In this document: positions 21,301 to 28,151 of the stretch, piece after piece
How positions within the stretch are numbered: the first letter of the stretch is position 1
How the letters are laid out: every line of letters begins with the position of its first letter
The notes under the pieces: model-generated
Told to the model about the DNA's origin: nothing
Databases searched by the model: none
Seen by the model: only the letters and a program-made list of their open reading frames with translations
Position numbers and translations under genes: made by a program
Virus record (IMG/VR): IMGVR_UViG_3300023117_002343
Coordinates: 1 to 64,000 of that record
Reading direction: 5' to 3' (one strand)
DNA: 64,000 nucleotides
Origin: a virus

Positions 21301-23234
21301 GTTGTGCCTGAGACGGTCGCAACAACGGAGTCGTCGATGCTTAAGGTGACCGTGCTATTGGCACCTCCGTCAGTAATATCAATGCCGGTACCAGCGGTTA
21401 AGACTCTTTCGTCGGTGAGATTTGGATCGCTAGCCAGTGTTACATACTGCGCATTGGTCGGAGTGGTACCGGCAATCGTCACTTGCCCGTTAGAGGACGA
21501 TGCAATAGTCACATTATCGCCGGCAACCAAATAGCTAGACCCGTCAGTCAAACGCGTCAGAGAGCCGCTTAAACCCAGCTGAGCGGTGACAGCACCGGAA
21601 GCCAAAAGATCGCCGCCAAAAAGCGAAACAGAGTCTCCACTTAGACTCCCTGAGACATAAAAGAAGACGTCGGTGCCTTTATCACTTGGAGCATCGATGT
21701 TTTCTGCGCCCGGAATTGCAACTGATCCAGTCGTGAATATGGATCCATTGGTGGTCGAGTCCCAATAGGTATCGGCCTGTGTGTCTACGGAAGATATCGT
21801 TACGGAGCCATTTGATTCCGACGTGATGGTCACGTTGGTGCCGGCAACGAGATACGATGTGCCGTCTGTCAATTGAGTCAGAGATCCGCTTAAGCCCTCG
21901 GTGGCAAAAAATGATCCCGTGAAAGCATTCGTAAAAGAGACTATTTCTGTAGTATCATCGTAACACAGATAAGATTTGCCGCCAGCAATGACTCCGGATC
22001 CCGTAATCTGGGCTATGTCAGTTATGAACGTGGGCTCTTGGGGCCTTACCAGTACAACGCCTTCAGTGGCATTAGAAACCTGAACAACTCCCACTCTGGC
22101 CGCAAAATTTGGCGCAGCCGGCCTAGAATTTGTGTACGTTCCGGAAGTAACTGACGACAGATACAGAATGTCGCCGGCTGCAAAAGTCGAAGTATTTAGA
22201 TCCCGTACGGCACCGAATGTAGTAATGTATCCCGACTGATTGAGGCCGATTTGCTCCGTTGCCACGCCCAGAATTTGATCTTGCTCGATTTCTTTCTTGA
22301 AAGACTTGACGGAAGCAATTGCCTTTTCGACGGTGACATTGCCGCCATTTGCGCCAGATATTCTAACTGCATCGCCATTATTAATAACGACGCCTGAATC
22401 GTTGAAGGCATAGACATGTTCTTCTTGGCCCAGCTGCAATCTGACATCAGAACCTTGCATATCGAGAGAGACAGTCTTATTGCCGTCGTCCCAAAACATT
22501 CGGCCGGTAGAATGACCAGTTACAGTTGCCTCAGTGTCAAACTGAAGCTCAGGAACATAGTGAACACCAGAAACCAAAACGTCGCCGGCAAAAACCGAAA
22601 CGCCTCTGGCGTTATCTTCCTTAGCTCCAATGATGCCGGTGACAAAAAGAAAAGTATCGGTAGGAGAATAGTTTTGAGTGCCGCTGGTGATCTGTATGGA
22701 ATTGTCGCCAGAGCTTGGCACAACTATCGAAGCGGAAAGCGAAAGGTTGGCGTCTATGTGGGTTGCTGCAACCCTCTGATTCGCGTCATCGTAGGTAAAT
22801 CCAGCATTGCCACCAAACAGGCCGCCATCGTTGTACTGAACATTTGTATCAGCGCCGCCCGGTGAAGTACCGCCTCCCGTCGAACTAATCGTGATTGATC
22901 CATTAGACTGCGAGGAGATTGCGATATTGCTGCCGGCAATAAGATAAGAGGTGCCGTCCGTTAATTGAGTGAGCGAACCGGACAAGCCCTGAAAAGCAGA
23001 AACTGGATTAGCAAATTCAGCAGAACCCGTAATCTGATGCAGGTCCGTGAGCTGACCGCCGATAATGGTGCTGCCCGACACGTGAAGCTTGGCAAGAGGG
23101 TCAGATACCCCAATGCCCATTCTTTCAGAGCCAGTTGTAAAAACAAAATTCGGACTCGAATCAAAATCACCGTCAGTGCTAAACTGTATGACTCCGTTCG
23201 AACCCGAAGCTTCTATAACCCTAAATGCTGTCAC
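15366..23234 (-). CDS. Giant repetitive tail-fibre/virion filament-like protein (2622 aa)
   Basis: G/S/T-rich, with 11 YW(D/E)STTNG(S/A)IFTTGSVAIPG modules and many GLSGSLTQL.DGTSYL.AG units. N-terminal PGGADTNVQYNDGG and a fibre-type C-terminal cap (KDEDGNA..NNITI...IDG...W). Confidence 0.8.
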   Translation of the reverse strand: MTAFRVIEASGSNGVIQFSTDGDFDSSPNFVFTTGSERMGIGVSDPLAKLHVSGSTIIGGQLTDLHQITGSAEFANPVSAFQGLSGSLTQLTDGTSYLIAGSNIAISSQSNGSITISSTGGGTSPGGADTNVQYNDGGLFGGNAGFTYDDANQRVAATHIDANLSLSASIVVPSSGDNSIQITSGTQNYSPTDTFLFVTGIIGAKEDNARGVSVFAGDVLVSGVHYVPELQFDTEATVTGHSTGRMFWDDGNKTVSLDMQGSDVRLQLGQEEHVYAFNDSGVVINNGDAVRISGANGGNVTVEKAIASVKSFKKEIEQDQILGVATEQIGLNQSGYITTFGAVRDLNTSTFAAGDILYLSSVTSGTYTNSRPAAPNFAARVGVVQVSNATEGVVLVRPQEPTFITDIAQITGSGVIAGGKSYLCYDDTTEIVSFTNAFTGSFFATEGLSGSLTQLTDGTSYLVAGTNVTITSESNGSVTISSVDTQADTYWDSTTNGSIFTTGSVAIPGAENIDAPSDKGTDVFFYVSGSLSGDSVSLFGGDLLASGAVTAQLGLSGSLTRLTDGSSYLVAGDNVTIASSSNGQVTIAGTTPTNAQYVTLASDPNLTDERVLTAGTGIDITDGGANSTVTLSIDDSVVATVSGTTFTGATIHQAGLSGSLTQLSDGTSYLIAGDNITIVSQSNGAITISSIDTQADTYWDSTTNGSIFTTGSVAIPGSESVDSPSDKGTDVFFYVSGALDNTNRSLFGGDTYVSGTGYFEQGLSGSLTQLVDGTSYLIAGSGIAITTGSNGAVTITNDGTVGDITAVIAGNGLLGGGTSGDVTLEINDSIVATVSGTTFTGATIHQAGLSGSLTQLSDGTSYLVAGDNVTITSQSNGSITISSVDTQADTYWDSTTNGSIFTTGSVAIPGSESVDSPSDKGTDVFFYVSGSLNSSDVSLFGGDVITSGSVSGLLGLSGSLTQLTDGTSYLIAGSNVEITSASNGAVTISAPTAGGGAPTNAQYVTLALNATLTDERVLTGGTGIDIVDGGANSNVTLNIDDSVVATVSGTTFTGATIHQAGLSGSLTQLADGTSYLIAGTNVTITSESNGAVTISSVDTQADTYWESTTNGSIFTTGSVAIPGEESVDSPSDKGTDVFFYVSGALDNTNRSLFGGDVYVSGTGYFEQGLSGSLTQLLDGTSYLVAGDGIAITTGSNGSVTITNDGTVGDITSVTAGNGLLGGGSSGDVTLEIDDSIVATVSGTTFTGATIHQAGLSGSLTQLADGTSYLIAGANVTIASESNGAVTISSVDTQADTYWDSTTNGSIFTTGSVAIPGAESVDSPLDKGTDVFFYVSGALDKTQTSLFGGDITASGSVNGLLGLSGSLTQLTDGRSYLVAGSNTTIVSESNGQITISSDTPADAQYVTLALNAELSNERVLTGGTGIDIVDGGANNNVTLNIDDSIVATVSGTTFTGATIHQAGLSGSLTQLADGTSYLIAGTNVTITSESNGAVTISSVDTQADTYWDSTTNGSIFTTGSVAIPGSESVDSPSDKGADVFFYVSGALNNTNRSLFGGDVYVSGTGYFEQGLSGSLTQLLDGTSYLIAGDGIAITTGSNGAVTITNDGTVGDITSVTAGNGLLGGGSSGDVTLEIDDSIVATVSGTTFTGATVHQAGLSGSLTQLADGTSYLIAGTNVTITSESNGAITISSIDTQADTYWDSTTNGSIFTTGSVAIPGAESVDAPSDKGTDVFFYVSGALDKTQTALFGGDITASGSVNGLLGLSGSLTQLTDGRSYLVAGSNVTIVSESNGQVTVSSNTPANAQYVTLALNAELTDERVLTGGTGIDIVDGGANSNVTLNIDDSVVATVSGTTFTGATIHQAGLSGSLTQLADGTSYLIAGTNVTITSESNGAVTISSIDTQADTYWESTTNGSIFTTGSVAIPGVESVDSPSDKGTDVFFYVSGALDNTNRSLFGGDIYVSGTGYFEQGLSGSLTQLLDGSSYLVAGSGIAITTGSNGSVTITNDGTVGDITSVNAGNGLLGGGTSGDVTLEIDDSIVATVSGTTFTGATIHQAGLSGSLTQLADGTSYLIAGDNVTITSESNGAVTISSTQADTYWDSTTNGSIFTTGSVAIPGSESVDSPDDKGADVFFYVSGAIGSANGAFPGVSLFGGDVVISGSITALAGFSGSFSGSFTGDGSALTNVTASYVSSSVIEGGTVGEVLAVNGSGISEFTHNLVDATNTATLALVARYAYDGTGVISLDWGNRILEYPNGVDAVDWGTNNQLTITGSTDVSGTLNVTGDTSIESDLFVTGTSVHLGGLSGSLTQLADGTSYLIAGPGVTITSASNGPVTISSTAASVSTYWDSTTNGAIFTTGSVAIPGGDSGTIDDPTDKGTDVFFYVSGALDKTQTALFGGDVTASGSVNGLLGLSGSLTQLTDGTSYLISGDNVIITSQSNGSVTVSSVQADTYWDSTTNGSIFTTGSVAIPGAEAGTVDAPSDKGTDVFFYVSGAINSAGGASEGVSVFGGDVSVSGSVRYYNSITTPTTRITQPVYTATINDYRIGVRYTATDEVTIQLPKISDVGERDLRFKDEDGNAKKNNITIVASGSDLIDGDSTAILNRNYIAISLYNDGTSNWFIE
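16900..21800 (-). repeat. Four ~1.2-kb (~400 aa) super-repeats inside the giant fibre gene
   Basis: Module order Y-A-Y-B occurs four times; equivalent positions at ~17092, 18295, 19500 and 20716. Boundaries are approximate. Confidence 0.85.
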
Positions 23235-23310
23235 GTTTTGCCTTCAGAACTATCTCATGTTTCATTACCTTATAGCAATTTTTGAGACGTTGTAAATGTT
23301 TGCTTGGCGA

Positions 23311-24177
23311 TTAGCGCCCTGATCTAATGATCTCTCTAATGATTTTTTTCAGCTGCCTTTTGGCGCTTTTTATCTCTGCGCGTCGCGCATTCTCATATAT
23401 GCCCTGCTCGCCAAAACGACGCAGGTATTTTTTGATCTTCTTGCGAAGACGCTCGGTGAACTCTGAGTCTGGATGGTCTCTGAAATACTGCGGAAAGTTG
23501 TAGCCTAGATCAATTTCATCGGCCAGCCTTGCCAGCTCAGAGACGTCTCCCTTTCTCGCCACCATTTGCTGCGCGGCAGACAGGCCAAATTCCTGCGCCA
23601 ATCGCTCGGCAAACTCGTGGCCGAAAGCGTCGATTTCAATGCGAGACTTGAGATAATCAGTGACCGGAGCAGTTTCCTCTGGAATATCGTTCCACTTTTC
23701 ATACTGCTTTTTGGCTTGGTATTTGGTGATACCCTTATCTCTTGCCAAAGAATCATACTGCCGCAGATGAATCAGTTCGTGACGTACCTTGATGGCCACG
23801 TCTTCCACCACTTTTTTGGCGTTGATCAGCTCCGGATCAAAACCTTCTTCAGCCATCACGATCTTGAGATAGATCTGGCCCTTACTGCGAGTCGACATGC
23901 GCGCTTCGGCGCCGATCAGATATCGATTGGGTTTTTCATCCGACTGCATCTCGACACCGTGATCTTCCTCGCTCAAGCTTTCGGCCACCACTTTGATGTT
24001 TAGACCGTGCTTTTTAAAAAATTTCTGCAGTGTCTTTTTAAGAAGATCAGCTGATTCTGTCAGAGCCTCTCGCCCAAATCGATCCTCATTGTCGTGCAGC
24101 CAAAAGCCCGAAGAGTAAAGAGTCGAGGTCAGGTCCTTGTACAAAAAAGAATCAAGGGGTGCTTCAAAAAGTTTCAT
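23311..24177 (-). CDS. HExxH zincin-like protein, putative head-associated
   Basis: VRHELIHLRQY and downstream Y..S.IEIDAF; MKLFEA start and a C-terminal LKKIIREII motif. Confidence 0.6.
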   Translation of the reverse strand: MKLFEAPLDSFLYKDLTSTLYSSGFWLHDNEDRFGREALTESADLLKKTLQKFFKKHGLNIKVVAESLSEEDHGVEMQSDEKPNRYLIGAEARMSTRSKGQIYLKIVMAEEGFDPELINAKKVVEDVAIKVRHELIHLRQYDSLARDKGITKYQAKKQYEKWNDIPEETAPVTDYLKSRIEIDAFGHEFAERLAQEFGLSAAQQMVARKGDVSELARLADEIDLGYNFPQYFRDHPDSEFTERLRKKIKKYLRRFGEQGIYENARRAEIKSAKRQLKKIIREIIRSGR

Positions 24178-24824
24178 TCTATCACACCTCCTAGCATTCG
24201 AGATTTGCCGCCACCCATCGGATCTGGCTTGTAAGAATAGTTATCGCCGCCAGAGTGCACAATAATGGACCTGCCTCTTACGTCTTCTAGAGTTAGCCTA
24301 GGCGCCAAAAGAATGGCGTCGATTGTGCCATCTTCGAGTGCATAAGCTCGAGGCAGATCGCCCAAGTGTCCATCGCCATAAGGTCCCAGATGCTTGCCTG
24401 TTCCCATTGGATCATAGTGTCCTCCGGCAGCCATTCCAGGCTGGATCTTGCCGTCTTTTTTTCCCGGGCCCACATCTGGATTTTCATGGATGTGAATGCC
24501 ATGTTCGCCCGGTGGTACTCCTTCAGCCTTCAGTTTCACTATGAGACCTAGGTCGGTCTGTTCAAACTGAGCCGAGCCGACAGCTTCTCCCACTCCATCT
24601 TTTGTCAGTCGTCGCAAAATTGCCATGGCATCCACAAAATCGCCCTCTTCAGACTGCTCAAAGAGATGACCGTAGGACTCCCGAATCAATCCCATTTTTT
24701 TGTAGTAGTCACTGATCTTCTGAAGATATTCGGGCTCCCACTCGTTTTCGTTGCCGATTCGATCTAGAAAGAGACTGCTGGACGTGGCATCGTCGTAAGT
24801 CTGACCCGACTTTCTTTTTTTCAT
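24174..24824 (-). CDS. sodC: Cu/Zn superoxide dismutase with non-signal N-terminal leader
   Basis: HGIHIHE, AGGHYDP, HLGP...HLGDLP, IVHSGGDNY and GGGKSR; all metal ligands are present. Confidence 0.92.
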   Translation of the reverse strand: MKKRKSGQTYDDATSSSLFLDRIGNENEWEPEYLQKISDYYKKMGLIRESYGHLFEQSEEGDFVDAMAILRRLTKDGVGEAVGSAQFEQTDLGLIVKLKAEGVPPGEHGIHIHENPDVGPGKKDGKIQPGMAAGGHYDPMGTGKHLGPYGDGHLGDLPRAYALEDGTIDAILLAPRLTLEDVRGRSIIVHSGGDNYSYKPDPMGGGKSRMLGGVIE

Positions 24825-25135
24825 TATGCTTCCGTTTCTTCGTCTGGAGCTGCAGCCAAAGCTTGTTTGAGCTTTGTCAAATCAACATTTTGACCTTTGT
24901 CCATCAGTTTAATAAAAAAATCAGCAACCAACTCATTCTGTGCTGTATTGCGTCGATCTTTTTTAAGAGCAGCAATCAATTTTTGAGGCTCGTCAGCACC
25001 GATCTGATTTGCTAACTGCTTTAACTTTTGAAGCTGTTGACCTTCAATTGAAGCATCATCTTGTTCTTGAAGCAAACGTTTTTTAAGCTCGGTGCGAATC
25101 ATCGCTCTCAGTTTGGATTCTTTGATAGGGGGCAT
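24824..25135 (-). CDS. Hypothetical protein with (I/L)xE leader
   Basis: IKESKLRAMIRTELKKRLLQEQ; AGGAG SD; TAATG coupling to sodC. Confidence 0.7.
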   Translation of the reverse strand: MPPIKESKLRAMIRTELKKRLLQEQDDASIEGQQLQKLKQLANQIGADEPQKLIAALKKDRRNTAQNELVADFFIKLMDKGQNVDLTKLKQALAAAPDEETEA

Positions 25136-25162
25136 GGTTTTCTCCTAACAGGTTACTGCAGG

Positions 25163-25169
25163 TAAATAT
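25163..25169 (-). promoter_or_regulatory. ATATTTA putative late promoter
   Basis: Intergenic, upstream of the 25135-sodC-zincin gene run. Confidence 0.6.
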
Positions 25170-25183
25170 CCCCCGCCAGATCT

Positions 25184-26122
25184 TTATGCAACCAAACGTT
25201 CCGGTCCGCCCTCAAATTTTTGGAGGTAATCAAAGACGGCCAGCTCCTTGGCCTTGGCTTCCATGGCAACATCGACCGATTTGCCACACGAATCGAAAGG
25301 CTCGTAGTAGTAGTCTGAGTGTGCTGCCAAGGATCTACAGGATGAATCCTCGTACTTTTTGCGGCTGTTGGAGTGGTGGCAGACAGGCCGAATGCCTTTG
25401 GGCCATGTCTCGTAAGCCATCAGAAACGCTTCCTCGTAGGTCGAATCCTGAGGTCCGCACGCAGCGTGGTGAGAATCAAAAACGATGGGAATTCCCAGGC
25501 GCTTGTAGACCGATTCGTAAAGCATCTTGGTGGAGTAGAGATTGGCCCTGTCGTCGTTTTCTACCGTCAGCCGACAGCGCACATTTTCGGGCAGCCTCTC
25601 GAAATTGCGGCACCAGGTGTCCAGGGCCTTTTCTCGATCGCCGTAAGCTGCGCCGATGTGGATGTTGATCTTGGCTTCATGTGTTCGTGGCATGCCGAGC
25701 ATGTCCATCTGATCGCCATGAATCGAAAGATCCTTCACACAGTTGAGAACGACGTCTTCTTTGGGAGATGCCAAGCAATTGAAAGGCCCCGGGTGAAACG
25801 AGAGCCGCTGTCCTGTGTCTCGTGCCAATTGGCCGGCATGTCGCAAGTTCTCTCGGATGGCATCAATATCCGGCAGGTCGCTCCAGTCGTATTCGCTGGC
25901 CCAGGGAAACATGGTGGAAGTGATGCGAAACACTTCGAAACCGTTCTCAGAATTCCACTGAATAATCTCTTTTAAGTCCGTGGTGTTCTTTAGGGACAGC
26001 TCTGATACATAACCCAGGCCCTTAGCGTCAAATGTCTTACGACGCATCGTGCGATTGGTCATGATGCCGCGGGATTTTTGCAGCGTAAGATTGATGCAGC
26101 AGTAACCGTATCGGTTTGTCAT
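25184..26122 (-). CDS. uvsE: UV damage endonuclease
   Basis: GYCCIN, FRITS..FPW, RLSFHPG.F, INIHIG, RLTVENDD, VFDSHH, AHSDY and MEAKAKE. Start set to ATG at 26122. Confidence 0.93.
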   Translation of the reverse strand: MTNRYGYCCINLTLQKSRGIMTNRTMRRKTFDAKGLGYVSELSLKNTTDLKEIIQWNSENGFEVFRITSTMFPWASEYDWSDLPDIDAIRENLRHAGQLARDTGQRLSFHPGPFNCLASPKEDVVLNCVKDLSIHGDQMDMLGMPRTHEAKINIHIGAAYGDREKALDTWCRNFERLPENVRCRLTVENDDRANLYSTKMLYESVYKRLGIPIVFDSHHAACGPQDSTYEEAFLMAYETWPKGIRPVCHHSNSRKKYEDSSCRSLAAHSDYYYEPFDSCGKSVDVAMEAKAKELAVFDYLQKFEGGPERLVA

Positions 26123-26148
26123 TGCTTTCTCCATGGGCAGTTTATTAG

Positions 26149-26178
26149 ATTTTATCACACTTTGGACCATAATTACAC
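26149..26178 (-). promoter_or_regulatory. GTGTAA-N18-TAAAAT putative early/middle promoter
   Basis: Bipartite motif upstream of uvsE, matching three other sites. Confidence 0.6.
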
Positions 26179-26198
26179 GTAACATCGGAGATTTATAA

Positions 26199-26897
26199 AT
26201 GAAGCTAGAAGACGTTCTCAATGAATCGCTTGACGACCTGCTGCGCGAGGCTCTGCAGGAAGACAAAGACCAAAACAAAGACGGCAAAAATGATTTTGAT
26301 GACGTTAAAATTGCCAGAATGAAAGCTTCTGGAATGTCTGATAAAGAAATTCGCAAGAAGCACCCTGATCTATTTGCTGAGTCTGATGAGCTGCCGGCAA
26401 GTTACAAAGCTAAGAAGGGCACCAAAAGAGGCGACAAGCTTCGAAAACTTACCGATCGATACAAAAATGCCAAGACAGAAAAAGAAAAAGAAGCTGCTCG
26501 CAAGGCTCGAGACAAGTATGAAGAAGAAATCGCTAAAAAGAACACTTACGGTAAACCAAAAAAGAGTAAGTACTCAGAATCTGTTTTAGATGATTTGTTA
26601 GATGACTTGTTGACAGAAATCGCCGTGGAAGAGGCTAAGAAAAAGAAGCCAAAAAAGATCAGTAAGAAAGTTGATGCAGCTCTGAAGAAAAAAGCAAAGA
26701 AGCACAATGCGCCTTTGGGGGCACTTAAAGCAGTCTATAGAAAAGGTATGGGCGCATTTTACACCTCCGGAGCACGGCCGGGGCAGAGCGCCCACTCTTG
26801 GGCCATGGGAAGAGTCAACTCCTTCCTCAAAGGCGGTAAGGCAAGAAAGGTCGATTCTGCGCAGTGGAACCAAGTCAAGAAGCATAGGAAAAAATAG
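26199..26897 (+). CDS. Basic protein with DUF5824-like C-terminal domain and EF-hand-like loop
   Basis: LKAVYRKGMGAFYTSGARPGQSAHSWAMGRVNSF; DQNKDGKNDFDD loop; LNE/LRE/LQE leader. Confidence 0.7.
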   Translation: MKLEDVLNESLDDLLREALQEDKDQNKDGKNDFDDVKIARMKASGMSDKEIRKKHPDLFAESDELPASYKAKKGTKRGDKLRKLTDRYKNAKTEKEKEAARKARDKYEEEIAKKNTYGKPKKSKYSESVLDDLLDDLLTEIAVEEAKKKKPKKISKKVDAALKKKAKKHNAPLGALKAVYRKGMGAFYTSGARPGQSAHSWAMGRVNSFLKGGKARKVDSAQWNQVKKHRKK

Positions 26898-27157
26898 TGA
26901 TTAATAAGACAAAGTTGGCTGCGCTGTCTACTGTGATTTTTTTCTTGACGGGATTTTCAGGTGTTTCCAGTGGCAAACTACCTGCTCGATCAAAGTTCTA
27001 CGACTTCTCTGACACTCTGATAGACGGCGAGATCAAGAAGCCGACCGCACTGTACACGGATGTTCGGCAGCAGGTCAAGTTCGAAAGGCTTCTCAAGATT
27101 CGGAAGTCCTTTCTGCGCAATCTCTTTGACACGGCAAAAGAGAGAGTCTTTAAGTAA
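26897..27157 (+). CDS. CglF/GltF-like gliding motility protein homologue
   Basis: Signal peptide followed by YDFSDTLIDGEIKKP.ALY......FERLLKIRKSF, matching the myxobacterial CglF pattern DF.D..I/VEGEL.KP...Y...F..LI..R..F (recalled consensus). Confidence 0.7.
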   Translation: MINKTKLAALSTVIFFLTGFSGVSSGKLPARSKFYDFSDTLIDGEIKKPTALYTDVRQQVKFERLLKIRKSFLRNLFDTAKERVFK

Positions 27158-27365
27158 GGCTTGATCCCTTGATAAATTCTTCAACGAATAGCCGAAGTTG
27201 TTTTTCAGCACTTTCCTGCATGCTGGTCGTGTCTGTCAGTTTTTGCCAGTGTTTTTGAGAAATGCCCATAGGCACTCCGCCGCGGCGTCTTGCAAGGTCT
27301 TCAGGCGTGAGATACATGGCCTGCTCACGAATAAGATTTCGAATTTGCCTTAGGCTAACTTTCAC
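27150..27365 (-). CDS. Small protein with (I/L)xE leader
   Basis: MKVSLRQIRNLIREQ. Confidence 0.6.
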   Translation of the reverse strand: MKVSLRQIRNLIREQAMYLTPEDLARRRGGVPMGISQKHWQKLTDTTSMQESAEKQLRLFVEEFIKGSSLT

Positions 27366-27751
27366 TTATTGCCCTCGGCAACCTCGTTCATCGTCTCTAG
27401 CGTCTTCTGAATCACTAGCTGCTCGATGCGCTTAGGATCCACCAACTCGGTCAGTTTTCTGAAGGTATCAACGAAGGAGGCCATCTCTTCCAGTTGCTCA
27501 CTCAGCTTTTGAATGGTATCATCGACAGCAAACTCGCCGGAAACTGCGGACGTCTTCAGTTCCAAAAAGCCCTGCGTGCTAATGTTTCTCAGGCCATCGA
27601 GCTGAGTTGGTTGATTTGCTGCAGGCTCTTCTTTCTGCGCGACCTGATTTGATTGAACCGGTTGATTCTGAGATTCTTCGATGCGCTGTGTCGACCCTGA
27701 AGGTTGGGCCGACAGCCGATAAGGCATGTTAAGCGGCGCATCGATTCTCAT
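27362..27751 (-). CDS. Hypothetical protein
   Basis: In-operon 129-aa ORF. Confidence 0.6.
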   Translation of the reverse strand: MRIDAPLNMPYRLSAQPSGSTQRIEESQNQPVQSNQVAQKEEPAANQPTQLDGLRNISTQGFLELKTSAVSGEFAVDDTIQKLSEQLEEMASFVDTFRKLTELVDPKRIEQLVIQKTLETMNEVAEGNK

Positions 27752-27754
27752 CTA

Positions 27755-28042
27755 TCAATAACCAGAAGCATCTTCTAATGCTTGTAAAGCCGCCTCAAAC
27801 TGATCAAGTGCTGCCATAGCGTCGTTCATAAGCTCATGAGCACCAGACATTTTATTCCAAAGCTGACCTTCAGCAGGAAGCGCCATACCACGACTTAAAA
27901 TTCTATCCGCGCGATCACGAAGAGACTGTTCTCTGTCGCGGATATGACTCCGAAGTTGAAACCTTGTCATGGGTTGTTCCGATAAGATTCGGGCTTTTTC
28001 TTCTTGAATAATTCTTCTTAGTTGTTGTTTTGTGATCTTCAT
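27755..28042 (-). CDS. Small protein with (I/L)xE leader
   Basis: MKITKQQLRRIIQEEKARILSEQ; GGAG SD. Confidence 0.7.
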   Translation of the reverse strand: MKITKQQLRRIIQEEKARILSEQPMTRFQLRSHIRDREQSLRDRADRILSRGMALPAEGQLWNKMSGAHELMNDAMAALDQFEAALQALEDASGY

Positions 28043-28151
28043 TGCTCCACCTCTAGCTTTTTGTCGAAAAGGATGAGGAGTACTACCTCCATTCCCCTGC
28101 TTGGTTACCCTGCGGCGTGATTCGTTCTATATCCAACCCTCAGACATTTCT

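Noticed and set aside
15366-23234. Regularly spaced repeats as a CRISPR array or mobile element
   Set aside because: The repeats are in-frame protein modules with synonymous variation, with no repeat-spacer structure and no cas genes.
28043-28147. Upstream ATG in frame with 27755..28042 across a single TAG, suggesting amber recoding
   Set aside because: TAG terminates many clear genes here (e.g. 2545, 10701, 13606, 15366, 60008), long genes are intact in code 11, and the ATG at 28042 has its own SD.
28043-28151. Longest intergenic gap as a possible tRNA or ncRNA
   Set aside because: Only weak, imperfect hairpins; no cloverleaf, T-loop or recognisable family.
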